A DNA stretch of 63,985 nucleotides, filler included, from Octopus bimaculoides (lineage: Eukaryota): assembly GCF_001194135.2 (NCBI RefSeq). It is 6 parts of 5 records of this genome, joined end to end, with 100 filler letters (N's around TTAATTAATTAA, not from the genome) between each part and the next. Parts side by side here need not be neighbours in the genome. Positions count along the whole stretch, not along the records: positions 1 to 22,642 come from NC_068989.1; positions 22,743 to 30,016 come from NC_068985.1; 4 more parts are not named here. One strand, given 5' to 3'. A program made the position numbers and the translations under genes. Numbering within the stretch: the stretch's first letter is position 1; the number at the start of each line of letters is the position of its first letter. Positions 12,481-25,033 of the stretch are shown here, in pieces. The notes under the pieces were generated by a model that saw nothing but the letters and a program-made list of their open reading frames with translations, made no database searches and was not told the DNA's origin.

Positions 12481-13697
12481 GTGAAATAAATAAAAATCAT
12501 AATGAATGATGGTATAAAGTAATTAAACGTGTTGAGTAAAGAAAGAAATGAGGTGAGTTAAGGATCGGAATTTAGTTTAACTGGTGTTTACTTTTAATAG
12601 GTATCATATAAATTATAAGCTAGGTGAGGTGTAGAAATAAGAATCAAGGAAAGAGCATAAAAGCGAGTCGAGAAAAAATAAAGATACATGATAATAAGAT
12701 AAACACACTATTTTTATTTGAGTCCATATCATCTATGATCTATATAATATGTGGAAATAAAATGTTAGATATCCATACAGAGGTACTTGTCTTACTGCAT
12801 TTGGATATGTGGTGAAATCTAAAAGCCTTGGTGAATCTATGAACACAATAAGAGAACTGTTGGTGCAGCTTATTTAATAATAATTGTGCTGCACTGAATA
12901 GGCATTTTATAAATTAAGAAATAAGTGAGATATAGAAATATGAATTAAGGGAGAATGATAAAGTAAGAATCTATGGAATAGAATAAAATAGAAGAATATG
13001 ATAATAAGGTAAATATACTAATTTGATTAAGTGAGCTTATGCCGTATCTGAACTACATATCAACGAAAGTAAAGTGTGAGAAAGCAATGGAGAGGTAGTA
13101 GTCTTAATGCATTTGTGATGAAATCTAAAAGTTTTGAAAACTCTATGAACGTAAGCGGAGAAGGCTCCGAGTTGTTTATTTAATAAGTGTGTTGGGTTAT
13201 GCGATCATATTTGTATAGATCCTTTCAAACATAACCAACGTGGAGGACTTTGGAGGACGCGCGTCACTGATGGACCATGATGTAGTATAATACATGTGGT
13301 GTAATTTCTTTTCTTTTTTTTCCTGAAGTATTGTATATTTTCTGTCAGCGAAATAGATTTACTATGTTTTATCATATTTTAATGGATTTCAATGCGCTGA
13401 GTATTATTCCTTAAAAATAGCAGAAGCTCGAATATATATCTTACATGCAGTTTTCGCGTCAATTTAGGACTCAGCATTTATATTCTACGTCAAACCTTCT
13501 GCAGTTATCTTGTTTTTACTGAATGTATTACTACTAGTATAATTAGCAAGTCTGGTGATTAATTTAGGTCCGTTTAATATGCTCTCCACATATGTACTAT
13601 TCTCCGTGCCCACGCATCGAGAGGAAGTAATCCAGAATTATTGGCATGGTTGGCGGTGTAATCCTTGTGATAGTAACAATTACTATTGTTGGTGCTG

Positions 13698-13733
<36 letters not shown>

Positions 13734-13799
13734 GTAGTAGTAGTAGTATTTTTAGCAGCAATACCACTACTGCTATTCCCACTATTACCATTATTATGG

Positions 13800-15011
13800 T
13801 TATTTCGTACTTAGGAGGGTTGTATTTATTTATTTTTCGCCTTCCTTTTTGACTATTCGTGAGTCAAAGAGGCACGCAACATCAAATACTGTATAATACA
13901 TGCAGTGCATCTTGACCACCACCACTAGACCTGTCTGTTATGCTCTTGCACCTGATCTGTTGGGATTGGGAAATCCCAGACGATTTTCTTAGTCTCCAAA
14001 TCCGCTACATATTGCGGTTGGTTCTCATACCATGTCTTGCCTCTCCCTAGTCCTCTTTGTTTTCGCACAATTTCCAATGTAGCACTTTTGCTACAGGATC
14101 ATGGTCGCCACAACTTGTGGTTTGGGGCAAATCTAGGGCATTCGTTCGTGATATGGGCAATGGCTTCATTCATTCTATTACAAATGTGGCACAGTGGAAA
14201 CATTTTCCCATTCCTAAGGTTAATGCTCCAGTTCGTAGCCAGAGTTTGGTCATGCGCTGCTGGTATAGTGCTCTGGGTTTCAATTTTAGTGTTCCTTTCG
14301 TCAGCCAATCCCGCATGTTTTTTCCAGCAACCTCTGTTGTGGCTGCATAGAATTGACCGTGTAGTCTCCTGTTGTATAATAATTCTTCATGTACCTTTTG
14401 TACTTCTTCCTTTGCTCTTCCTTTTTTTCTCTGCTTTCAATACTCCATCATTCCTAACTGATACTAACACATTTTCTTTACTTTGGGCTAGATATCTCAT
14501 TAATCTCTTGAGTTCGACACGTACACAGTCTTCCCACTTATCAGTCCCCTACCTCCATTTGATCTCTTCATGTATAGGCAATCACTGTCTACACGAAGAT
14601 GATAGGCTGCATGCATCGTTAGGAGCTTTCTTGACATCCTGCCCATCTCCTTTACTTCCTCCTCTGTCCATTTCAAGATTCCAGCGCTATACCGAACTAC
14701 TGCAACTGCATACGAATTTATTGCTGGCATTCAGCGTTCAAGCCTAATATTTTTCTCACTCACCGCAGGTACTCTCTCTTTGTCTTTTCTTTGATATCTT
14801 TGTGTTTAATTCCATCTGCCTCAAGTATTCCCAGGTATATATAGCTGGATTGAGATTGCATTGCCTTCTTCATTTCACTACTTGGCATCCATATACCTTC
14901 TGTCCTGACAAGCTCTCCTCGTCTCATCACTACCGTAGCACATTTTGAGAGCCCAATCTGCATTTTAATATCATTCGAGACCATCGTATCCAGCTGTAAA
15001 AATACCTCCAA
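13800..15011 (-). mobile_element. R4/Dong-like (RLE) LINE remnant
   Basis: RT tail YIYLGILEADGIK..INSYAVAVVRYSAGILKW..LYMKRSNGGRGLI, CCHC motif CHICNRMNEAIAHITNEC, and RLE region FDVACLFDSRI. Confidence 0.8.
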
Positions 15012-15124
15012 AACAGGCAGTGAAGCAGTGAAGTCTTCTGCTTATCCAGCCATTTTCAAACCGTCTAACTGCCTAACCAGCAGAGATAACTGGCATTAAA
15101 TAATAATGATAACTGACATTAAAT

Positions 15125-15330
15125 AATGATGATGACTAGATTCGGACCATTGAGCTTTGATTTCATTAGCTTCCTCACCCTTCTGATGTACTCCTTCTCC
15201 ATTTTCGTTTTTATTTCTATAGTTAATACTCTCTCAGATTCTAATACTTCTAGATACTTAAAACTCTCTCCTCCTTTCGTTGATTTTAATGTCTGCCTTC
15301 GCTGTTGACTACCTGTCTCCTTCTCATGGT
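15125..15330 (-). mobile_element. Second R4-like LINE fragment
   Basis: GESFKYLEVLESERVLTIEIKTKMEKEYIRRVRKLMKSKLNGPNLV. Confidence 0.65.
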
Positions 15331-15338
15331 TAATATTG

Positions 15339-15510
<172 letters not shown>

Positions 15511-15527
15511 AGTATTTTTATTTGTAT

Positions 15528-15665
15528 GAAGGCGGCGAGCTGGATGGATCGTTAACACGCTGGGCAAAATTTTTAGCTGCTTTTTATCCACCTTCACGTT
15601 CGTAATTACAATTCCGCCGAGGCTGATTTTACCTTTCATATTTTCGGTGTCGACACAAAAAATAG
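15528..15665 (+). mobile_element. tRNA-derived SINE family C fragment
   Basis: AAGGCGGCGAGCTGG...AATTCCGCCGAGG head. Related copies near 19228-19400, 46900-47230 (-), 51290-51390, 55225-55520, 59150-59340 and 60540-60730 (-). Confidence 0.7.
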
Positions 15666-16048
15666 TAGTTGTGTCAAGCTTTGAAGTCATTATCGTCGTT
15701 ATTATTCTCCTAAGATGAGGTTGGTCAGATTTGGCTTTTAAATTTGCGCTTATTAAATGTTAGGTGTAGTGGAATAGTATAATTTAAGCGTAGACTTGTT
15801 AAAGATTGACTGGCACTGTGGGTTGCAAGGAAGGTGCTGAAAAAGAAAAATCCCAACCAGGTCAGTGACCTGCCGAGTCTGGGGAGCTTGTGTTTGTGTC
15901 GAAAAAAACATAAATCATCAATTGATGTTCGGCATCAAACTTTGTTAATGAAAGTAATGAGAGTTTTTGTAGAGGTTAGAGATTTCTCTACTGGAGCATA
16001 TAATATTGAGTAAAGATTTCCACGTAACCAATTTCTCTACCTACGATA

Positions 16049-16151
<103 letters not shown>

Positions 16152-17219
16152 GAATAACTAAATAATTGATATATAAATACATCACATAAACACACACACG
16201 CACATATATATTCACCTTCTTATAGATGTCTCCTTATAATTGAAAATAAACTAACACACCTACTGTAAATGAAATGCCCCTCTGTATACATGCATACATA
16301 CCTATACATACATAATTAGTCTATATTGCTCTTTAAATGCCGTATTCCATGTAAGTATGAATTTGAAAATTATATATGGGTATATAATATATTTAATGCC
16401 TTACATATTATTTAATGTATTTAATATATTTCGTAGTGTGTCTAAACATTTAGTCGCTAAGGTGTTTTCTTATGCAAGTAAGTATTTGCAGTTTTCCATT
16501 TAGCAGTAATATCACGATTATATGAAATTTTGCCACTTAAAGGAAATGCATTTCACAACCATATCTCGCTTCGAAAATAGTTTCTAAAAGTATCTATATT
16601 TAAAATAAAAAAAAAAAACATGAAAAATCTTGTTTTTGATTCGTTGGTTATTCCAATACATGATTTTCCTCATGTGTAAGACCATTAGGGCCAAATGTTT
16701 TCCGAAGCGTACTGGCTGTTTCCTTTCTTGTATACAAGAGGATGAAATTAAACTCGTCGAAAAATCTTGACCATGAGAGTAATAATTTTAAACATAGTAA
16801 TAGATCACATTGCCGCAAATATTATTTTCTTTCTTTTTCCGATTCTTATCTGCAAATAGTTTTCATTAGAAAAATGTCAGGAAAAGGAACCTTATGCATG
16901 ATATACACTATCATGGTTAGTAAGTCATGGAAAGTTCTGTATGGGTTTTGCAACAGTACCTAACTAAGATCTTTTTGTCTGTGTGCTTCATGAAACACCG
17001 AACTGCAGTTCAAGTATCACATTCAGAAGAGAACACGTTAAGTTATTTTTAATCTCACTTAACAACGAACAGATTCTATGTGCAGTTGAACCTTTCATAA
17101 TTACTGAACACTGGTTTTTATACATACATACATAAATACATACATACATACACACATACATATACACATACATACATACATACATACATACATACATACA
17201 TAAGAGACACAAACATACC

Positions 17220-17800
17220 ACCAAAACACCACGTTGTGATCAAAAATGTCTACTCTGCTAAACCAACGTGGAAGATACCATCCATTTCATCAGCAGCTGC
17301 TCCAAAATGCTTACGAGTTACTTCCTACGCCTGGAGCATGATATAGTTACAAATACTATTTACAATGCTATTCGCGGAAAGGACAGCCCTAATGTATACA
17401 TCAAATACATGTCAGAACCATTAGCTGTTTAAAAACAAGGAACACTGGTGGAATACCCTAATAAAATCATCAGTTTAGTGCAAAAATAACAGACGTGGTA
17501 TTGTTCTGTGGGACAGAGAAGAAAAGTCATGCACTGTTGTAGAGATCAGCAACCTAGCGGATGCGAATGTAAAAGCAAACATCCAGGAAAAAGAGAATAT
17601 TTATGGCGAATCAATGCGGAACTTACCGTTCTTGTACCCTGATTATCTATTCTCATTTGTGCCCATCACCACAGACGCATTAGTTTATATACCAACAAAT
17701 TTGTACAAAAACCTAGATATACTCGGTTTCATGGAGAGAGAGAGAGTAAAGGAAACTGACGTGGTTTATACAAATCTAATCTGTTAGTGGCACAGTGAAG
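17220..17800 (+). mobile_element. RLE-type LINE 3' remnant (R4/R2 group)
   Basis: CDQKCLLC*TNVEDTIHFISSCSKM (CCHC), then EHWWNTLIKSSV*CKNNRRGIVLWDREEKSCTVVEIS (PD-D/ExK-like). Confidence 0.72.
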
Positions 17801-18084
17801 ATTTGTAAGACATTCTGAAAATTCTTCGTCTGAGACTTTTATGGAAAACACTTGGGTGTGTGCATCGACAGTTCAACCAACACATCAACTTAACCACATA
17901 ATTACAAACACTAGGAACTCTCTTAATTCAAAGAGACTTGTCACTTTATTAGCAACCGGCTTGAACTTTCTCACAAAGTACTTTGATTGAAAGAAAAAAC
18001 ATACATACATATATCAAGGTAGAAGTAGTGGTTATTATAAAGATTTTCTTCATTGCAGTAAAGATCGCTTACAAATGTTTCCAG

Positions 18085-18160
18085 TACTCATTATAGGGTA
18101 CTTACTCATTATAGGGTACTTACTCATTATAGGGTACTTACTCATTATGGGGTACTTACT
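18085..18160. repeat. Minisatellite, 18-bp unit TACTCATTATAGGGTACT x~4
   Basis: Head-to-tail copies with one substitution and no spacers. Confidence 0.95.
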
Positions 18161-18339
18161 AAAAAATTATTGCTACTTTTGTCCATTATTTATAACTTGT
18201 TTTGTATATCACTCTGTGGGAAAACTAGTATAAATTGAGTGCAAACATAGATTTACAATATAGAATGATTATTTATAACTTGGACCCTCATGAAATATTT
18301 TGCCCGGATTGATAATCCCTCACAGATAACTATAGAAAG

Positions 18340-18480
18340 AATGAGAGAAAAATGCCCGTAAATAAATATTTAAATCTGTGCCCCGGGAACAAATATTCAA
18401 AATATCAATGAATACGAAACACTTCAACCGAATCCAAATTATATAAGAATATTGCATTAAGGAATATAAACACAACTAAA
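18340..18480 (+). mobile_element. Penelope-like GIY-YIG C-terminal fragment
   Basis: MPVNKYLNLCPGNK...EYCIKEYK(P)QLN with frameshifts, followed by an A-rich UTR-like tract. Confidence 0.4.
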
Positions 18481-19871
18481 CATTCTGTAACAACACACCA
18501 AAAAGAGAAACCTCTTATTATTCACGAAAATCAAGAAACGACAGACAGAAAATAATAGTTTCAGTAACGCGTTGTCTCCAAAGATTCGAGACTTAATTTC
18601 TAACTTTCAAACTCCAGTACAGTAACACTTTCCACCTTCTCAAACACCAGTATCTGATGTCAATCTAGGCATAAGCAATTAGATATTTTCTAGTCAAAAC
18701 AGACTTCAGAAAACAAAACAAAGCAAAACATCAATCTGATCGAGAGCTTCTTAAAGAAATCGACCAATCAGAACGCTAGCCGATAATCATACAAACGACC
18801 TTTGACAAAATCAATTGACAAGTGCAGAAAATCAACCAACCAGTGTACACTTCAGAAACAAGTGATAAAACAGTCAACAAACAAATGACGGTGCCACGAA
18901 GCAATCAATAAGGAAGAAACACTTCTGCCAAACCAAAGTATATGACCAGAACATTCTAAAACCAAGTGACATATTCAGGGACTCAACCAGTCAAAACACT
19001 GGAGCACAAGCGTTCAAAAACAAAGGAACGTCATTATATTTACAATCACTCAGAACTTTAGCCTAAAAACCTACATATACAAAGCAATTTTAGCTTAACA
19101 CAGCAAGGAAGAATTCTCCTTCAAACAATACGAAAGAATTGAATTTTTTTTTTTACTTTCTCGTCTTTTTTCTTACATTAAAAAAGAAAATTACCATCGT
19201 ATATAATTGTTAATATAACTCAATGTGAGGGCGGCGAGCTGGTGGAATATTTAACAACATTTAGCCTATCTTGCGCTCTGAGTTCAAATTTCGGCGGGAA
19301 ATTTTATCATTTCGAGGTCGATAAAATAAGTACCACTTGGGTTGGTGCAATCGATTAGCATCCTTCTCTGATATTGCTAGCCTTGTGCCAAAATTTGAAA
19401 ACAATAACCCGAGATTACTACTGGACATTGAGTCACGTACTACTGTATTGATCTTCATCGGATAGTTGAACTGTATTACTATCTCTGAAACTTATTCAAC
19501 AAGCGAATTTATGTGAGCATTTCATCATTTAGGAATGTTTTCTGAATTTTCATTTGTATCATCAGTCTCTTAACAATTTTCTTTTTATTTACCATAGAAA
19601 AACAAAAGTTTGTCGAAGCCTGTTTGTTATTTTAAATCTGTTACAAAATCTACAAACTACAACACGTTTTAAGACTCAGGTACATTTTCGATATCTCAAA
19701 ACCAATCCTATATACTTTCTTGCGTGGGAATATACTTCTTTTCTCTATATAAATACATACATAACGATAATATAAACTTCATTTTCTCAAGATACTCTCG
19801 GCTTGGAAAGAGGCCTGCGGTATACACGTCGCCTTGATATTTATCACTTCTGAGGTTTCCCTCGTTATGAA

Positions 19872-19906
<35 letters not shown>

Positions 19907-20071
19907 NNNNNNNNNNNNNNNNNNNNNNNNNNNNNNNNNNNNNNNNNNNNNNNNNNNNNNNNNNNNNNNNNNNNNNNNNNNNNNNNNNNNNNNNNNNNNN
20001 NNNNNNNNNNNNNNNNNNNNNNNNGTATGTGTATGTGTGAGTGTGTATGTGTGTGTGTATGTGTGTCTGTG

Positions 20072-20120
<49 letters not shown>

Positions 20121-20269
20121 GTGTGTGTGAGTGCGTGCAGAATTCTAAGACAACAAGGTGTCACCGTTAGTAGGAGAGATTATGCAGGTAAAGGAGAAGA
20201 ATAAATTACTGTAAACGTCGCATGTAGTCTGTAGATTGCTCTATTGCTAGTTGTTAGATTACGTTTAAT

Positions 20270-20311
20270 CACAGGAACGCTTTCGGATCAAAGATCGCTC
20301 ATCAGAGGTTC
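20270..20311 (-). ncRNA. Hammerhead-like motif, left inverted copy
   Basis: CTGATGA G(C)GATC-TTT-GATCC GAAA GCGTTC. Core intact, stem I disrupted. Confidence 0.5.
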
Positions 20312-20771
20312 AATGCCTCACCATAACCACAGGCGTTTATGCACTGTGTAGCATGTAATGAGTACAATCACCGCGATTAGAGATGCTGAAACAGAGAACC
20401 ATGTAACAATGGACCTCATTAAGATACTGTACCTTTCAGGATACAGACCTAGATTCGTAGTGAATGTATGTAACACTCTAAACGCACACGCACTAAGAGA
20501 CCTCGGTAAAACCATCAGCAACAACGAGACCAACAAAACACACAAAAATAACCATCTCCTGAAAGCCACACCACACAGCGGTGTATTCCACCAACACCAA
20601 CGGGGTGGCGGCGATACAGTCCACCTCAGAATCAGGTAGAAATATTTCATCAGTAAGAAAGGACCAAGCCTTAACCACAAGAATGAGCCAGATGGCTGGA
20701 AGTACATCTATTGCTTCCATTGCCTTTAAACCAGCACCAGCAGTGATCGGTACAAAAGACAAATGGAAAGA

Positions 20772-20810
20772 ACGTCTGATTTAGAATCTTCGATCCGAAA
20801 GCGCTCACGT
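20772..20810 (+). ncRNA. Hammerhead-like motif, right copy
   Basis: ACGT CTGATTTAG AATC-TTC-GATCC GAAA GCGCTC ACGT. Stem I ACGT/ACGT intact, palindromic stem III AGCGCT, core G8/A9 mutated. Confidence 0.5.
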
Positions 20811-21262
20811 CATTAAGCCTAACCTAACAGGTAGCAACAAGGTTATCCACAGATAACACTCCACATGTACAGAAGTTAATCCTGGGCCTTACTTCGCCAA
20901 CTAACGGCCTGAACCTGTTGTCTTCCTACAATAGAATACGATACTTATGTTGCCTGAGATATACCAGAACATTATATATANNNNNNNNNNNNNNNNNNNN
21001 NNNNNNNNNNNNNNNNNNNNNNNNNNNNNNNNNNNNNNNNNNNNNNNNNNNNNNNNNNNNNNNNNNNNNNNNNNNNNNNNNNNNNNNNNNNNNNNNNNNN
21101 NNNNNNNNNNNNNNNNNNNNNNNNNNNNNNNNNNNNNNNNNNNNNATATATGTATATATATATATAGTAAATCCCCAAAAAGGAACAAACACAAAAAAAA
21201 ACAACGCGAGGACGTGGTACATGTAAATCATTATTAGACGCTCAGGGAAGGAAGGAAAGATG

Positions 21263-21298
21263 GTTTAACGTTTTGAGCAGACACTCTTCTTCGGAAAC
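21263..21298 (-). ncRNA. Decayed minimal hammerhead-like motif
   Basis: GTTT CCGAAGA A GAGT-GTCT-GCTC AAAA CGT T AAAC. Stems preserved, U4C and G12A changes. Confidence 0.45.
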
Positions 21299-21759
21299 AG
21301 AGAAAAGTCCAATAGAATGGAAGACGGATGAAGAAAATTGCCACCAATTCACATACACGTATATAAGTTAGTCCTTGTTCCTCTGCAGCAATACTTGTGC
21401 TTGACACTTTTTAAAGTGAGGAAAGGTTTTGCACAGAAACCATTCCCACTCTCTAAACTACACACCATAATCCAAAAAGAAGAGCAAGTTGACATCATTG
21501 GGTGCGTGTGCAGTCGCAGGTTTTATATCAGAGTACCCTTATTCCAATCTATGCCTAACCAAAGGCTAACTACAAGACAGCAGTGCAGTAGTTAAATTCA
21601 GATTTACTTTCTCTTATATATTGACTGCCTTCGCTACGGCTTGGGTAAACAGAGGAGCTTTATCCACCCTCATCTATTTATCATACATACACCTTCATTT
21701 CTTTTTCCTCTCCTGTAATACTGGTGCTTGAGACTTTTTAAGTGAGAAAAAGTTTACTA

Positions 21760-22640
21760 TATATATTTGCTATGCATTTTGCAATAGTCTTTCAAATAGC
21801 TTTTGAAGATTGCATTGAAAGGGTCTATATAAGATAAAGGACAACAGAAAAACCGTTCAATCTCAAAAGACTCTGTGCCAAAACGAAAGTTCTGCATTCT
21901 CGCCTCGTTGTGTTCCTGTATGCAGGTGATTGTGACATGTTGGCACATTCCCAGAAAGATATGCAGCACATGCTGAATGCAATTTCTGCAGCATATGCAG
22001 CATTGGGTCTAGAGATCAATCTATAAATAACAGTTATAATGTACCAGCCCGCTCCCTTCAAGATGTATGTGAAACCTTTTATATTTGTGAATAGTGATAG
22101 GTTGGGGAGTGTGCCTACATTGATTTAGGAAGTACATTTAGCATTACTGGTTTGATGATGAAATTTCATACAAAATCAGCAGGCCTAGTAGTGCTTTTGG
22201 TAGGCTTGATAGGTGGTGTGGAGACAACATAATATATATTCACAAATTAAAGTTAAGGTGTATATCATGTGCATTCTGCCATCTTTGCTATATGGGAGCG
22301 AGGCATGGGTTATTTACTGTAGGCATGTAAGTTCATTGGAACGATACCATCAATATTGTCTGCGACAAATTTTGGGGATAAACTGGAAAATGGCCATTAG
22401 TAATGTCGAGGTGCTTGAGAGGAGTGGCAGTAGAAGTATAGAGTCAATAATTTTGCAAAGAGGTTTGAGGTGGAAGGCGGGGGGGGGCTTTTGGTGCGGA
22501 TGAATGATGAGTGACTTCTCAAGTAGCTACCGTATGGCTGCAGGCGACCAGCATTATTACATTTCTTTACTTTCGTGCATCCACCCTGTATTATCTTGTT
22601 TGCTCGAGCCCTAATTCTACGCAAATTTTGCAGGTGCCGC
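21760..22640 (+). mobile_element. RTE-clade LINE reverse transcriptase remnant
   Basis: RVYIR*RTTEKPFNLKRL..FLYAGDC..QKDMQHMLNAI..LGLEIN, and KVKVYIMCILPSLLYGSEAWVIY..LERYHQYCLRQILGINW. Confidence 0.85.
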
Positions 22641-22642
22641 AG

Positions 22643-22742
22643 NNNNNNNNNNNNNNNNNNNNNNNNNNNNNNNNNNNNNNNNNNNNTTAATTAATTAANN
22701 NNNNNNNNNNNNNNNNNNNNNNNNNNNNNNNNNNNNNNNNNN
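22643..22742. other. Assembly spacer gap (44 N + TTAATTAATTAA + 44 N)
   Basis: Identical 100-nt construct at 30017-30116, 54195-54294, 60150-60249 and 62801-62900. Stop codons in all frames; gap of unknown size. Confidence 0.95.
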
Positions 22743-23053
22743 GGCGTTGTGAGTGTTTATTGAGCGAAAACACCTAAAGCTCCACGAGGCTCCGGCAGGG
22801 GATGGTGGTGAACCCTGCTGTACTCTTCCACCACAACTTTCTCTCACTCCTTCTTCGTGTTTCTGTTGTACCTGTAATTCAAAGGGTCAGCCTTGTCACA
22901 ATGTGTCACGCTGAATATCCCCGAGAACTACGTTAAAGGTACACGTGTCTGTGGAGTGCTCAGCCACTTGCACGTTAATTTCACGAGCAGGCTGTTCCGT
23001 TGATCGGATCAACTGGAACCCTCGACGTCGTAAGCGACGGAGTGCCAACAACA
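22743..23053 (+). mobile_element. SINE family A copy (5' end lost in gap)
   Basis: High identity to 11262-11643 and 25338-25725. Confidence 0.88.
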
Positions 23054-23249
23054 AACTCAGGTAAAAGAAAATACGCACGGTGCCTTCTGCTTTTGCTTTA
23101 AGTCTTTTTGCTTATATCTTTAATTTTTACATAGTGATAACGGTGGTGGTGGTGGCAATGATGTAGATAATGATGATGATGATGATGATGATAATGATGG
23201 TGGAGGTAGCGGTGGTGGTGATGATGATGATCGTGATATCGATGCTTAC

Positions 23250-23379
23250 AGTTGCTTTAGAGCACACAGTAAGTAGCTGGTGCGTGTTTTCTTCTTCTGG
23301 TTCATATGTCTTTTTGTCTTTAACATTTCTCAAGAATCCTCCAAATACACCAAAGTCACGTTTTTGATAATGCAACGAT
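23250..23379 (-). CDS. Candidate 130-nt exon (SLHYQKRDFGVFGGFLRNVKDKKTYEPEEENTHQLLTVCSKAT), phase 2 to 0
   Basis: catttcgacgttttag|A TCG TTG CAT...GCA ACT|gtaagc. Open in one frame, non-repetitive and coding-like. No homology recognised. Confidence 0.45.
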
Positions 23380-23654
23380 CTAAAACGTCGAAATGATCAA
23401 CCGAAAATGCCTGATGTTGATTCATGTAATTAAGACCGTTGGCAAATTTATTTAACATTTACAAATGTCAAAGGTCAATGATAACGATGACTTTACTGTT
23501 GCATGCAACCGTTAGATGGTGACGTCGCCAACTCAGCAGGAAAAGAATATAGAGATATTTATAGTTGTTGTTGTTGCTGATGTGCTATAGCTTTTATAGC
23601 GAAAGCATGCCATCTGTGACCACCCAGTCTTTATATTTGGAGTATAGTGTATCT

Positions 23655-23818
23655 AGCATTATGTTATCTATTCCTTGTCCAAGTTGACCGCAGGGGATTC
23701 CCCGCCCAATTGGTATGGATAATGCTTACTACGATTGCGATAAGAAAAGAGTGAAAGGTGTTGTGCGCAGCATGAGAGAGGCAGAAGAAAGAGCCTCTTA
23801 CTGGTTATGGAGCAAGAG

Positions 23819-23853
<35 letters not shown>

Positions 23854-24055
23854 GAGATAGAGAGAGAGATAGAGAGAGTGAGAGAGAGAGAGAGAGGGAG
23901 AGAGAGGGAGAGAAAGAGAGGAGTTAAGCTGGAAGCCAGGAGTAGAGGATGAGCCATGATTTGACCACCTCTGCTGACTGACCAAAGAAAGGCTATTATG
24001 GTGAAGTTCAAGACACCCGATGATCATTGGATATCATCTGATAACATCAAGTCTT
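23655..24055 (+). mobile_element. Hero/NeSL-like RLE LINE 3' end with microsatellite inside its ORF
   Basis: YLFLVQVDRRGFPAQLVWIMLTTIAI / KRVKGVVRSMREAEERASYWLWSKR [GATA/GA tract ~23815-23920] EELSWK resembles VEVGCRGF...AERASFWLW. Confidence 0.6.
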
Positions 24056-24165
24056 CTTGGTCAAAGATATATTCACCAAAAGTTAATAAAGAAAAATCAC
24101 CTCCTAGATGTTATCAATATCATAAGCCATCCTTTCCTTGAAGAAGGTAGAGTAGAACTACTTAC

Positions 24166-24194
24166 TCATTCTCTACATGTTCAGAGCGGCCTTT
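24166..24194 (-). CDS. Candidate 29-nt microexon (KGRSEHVEN+GA), phase 0 to 2
   Basis: aataacag|AAAGGCCGCTCTGAACATGTAGAGAATGA|gtaagt. Perfect donor, weak acceptor. Phase fits the ChAT exon upstream and the 130-nt candidate downstream. No homology recognised. Confidence 0.35.
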
Positions 24195-24533
24195 CTGTTA
24201 TTTAGGTGACGATAGTAAATAGTTCGTAGCAGTTATTTAGTTTAATACACTGCATGCTGCTATACGAAATGGAATCATAATTAAAGAAAGATAATACAAA
24301 AAAAAAAATAATCAAATTAATTAAATTAGGAATTTATAGGATAGAATTTACAACGTTTTATTGATTACAATGAAATTACAAAACTCTAAGCATTTGAGTG
24401 GCTCCAGCTGTATCCAAAGCTAGTAAAATGTATACACACCATTTTTGTTTACATACACAGTTATCTTTCTGCCGTTCATAAAAAAAAACACAACTTACGT
24501 ATCTATCTATCTATTTGTCTGTCTGTCTCCGTC

Positions 24534-24592
<59 letters not shown>

Positions 24593-24602
24593 NNNNNNNN
24601 NN

Positions 24603-24634
<32 letters not shown>

Positions 24635-24821
24635 TGTATATGGGATCTGGCGTGCTTATGTACAAAGAATCTTGCTTCCCAGCCATGTGGTTTTGGGTTC
24701 AGTCTCATTGTACGGCGTCATTGGGTCTTAGCCCAGTGACTGTATCGAATAAAAGAACGTTTTTTTTTTTTTAGATTAAATAAGATTTTAAAAATAAAAA
24801 CAATAAAGCCTCTTTAGTTAC

Positions 24822-25033
24822 CTGCATTGTTTTATCAAACCAACGGTTGGCACTGTTAACCTGACTCCCCATCCCGTGTAGCATCTGGATGGCCATAGAC
24901 ACATCGTCTCTTTGTTGCTCACGGGTTTCGTCCACGCTGTTTTGGTGGTTGAAAGATACGGGCGGTTTCTTGTCAAGGCTCAATATGAAAATGGACCTTT
25001 CGATAGCATCAAGCGAATCTCGATTGGCAGAAT
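24822..25033 (-). CDS. ChAT: Choline O-acetyltransferase internal exon (212 nt, phase 1 to 0)
   Basis: Translates (D)SANRDSLDAIERSIFILSLDKKPPVSFNHQNSVDETREQQRDDVSMAIQMLHGMGSQVNSANRWFDKTMQ, matching ChAT DSTNRDSLDMIER...LLHGGG...NRWYDKSLQ. Acceptor ttgacag, donor CAG|gtaact. G+AT joins in frame with the 26121-26298 exon. Confidence 0.93.

Larger units (their letters stand above)
20240..20842 (+). mobile_element. Penelope-like fragment bracketed by ~70-bp inverted hammerhead-containing repeats
   Basis: Internal LIKILYLSGYRPRFV...LRIR*KYFISKKGPSLN. 20240-20311 is the diverged reverse complement of 20772-20842. Confidence 0.65.

Noticed and set aside
18085-18160. CRISPR-like look of the 18-bp repeat
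   Set aside because: No spacers, no cas genes, eukaryotic context.
22687-22698. TTAATTAATTAA recurring five times at gap centres
   Set aside because: Assembler spacer, not biological.
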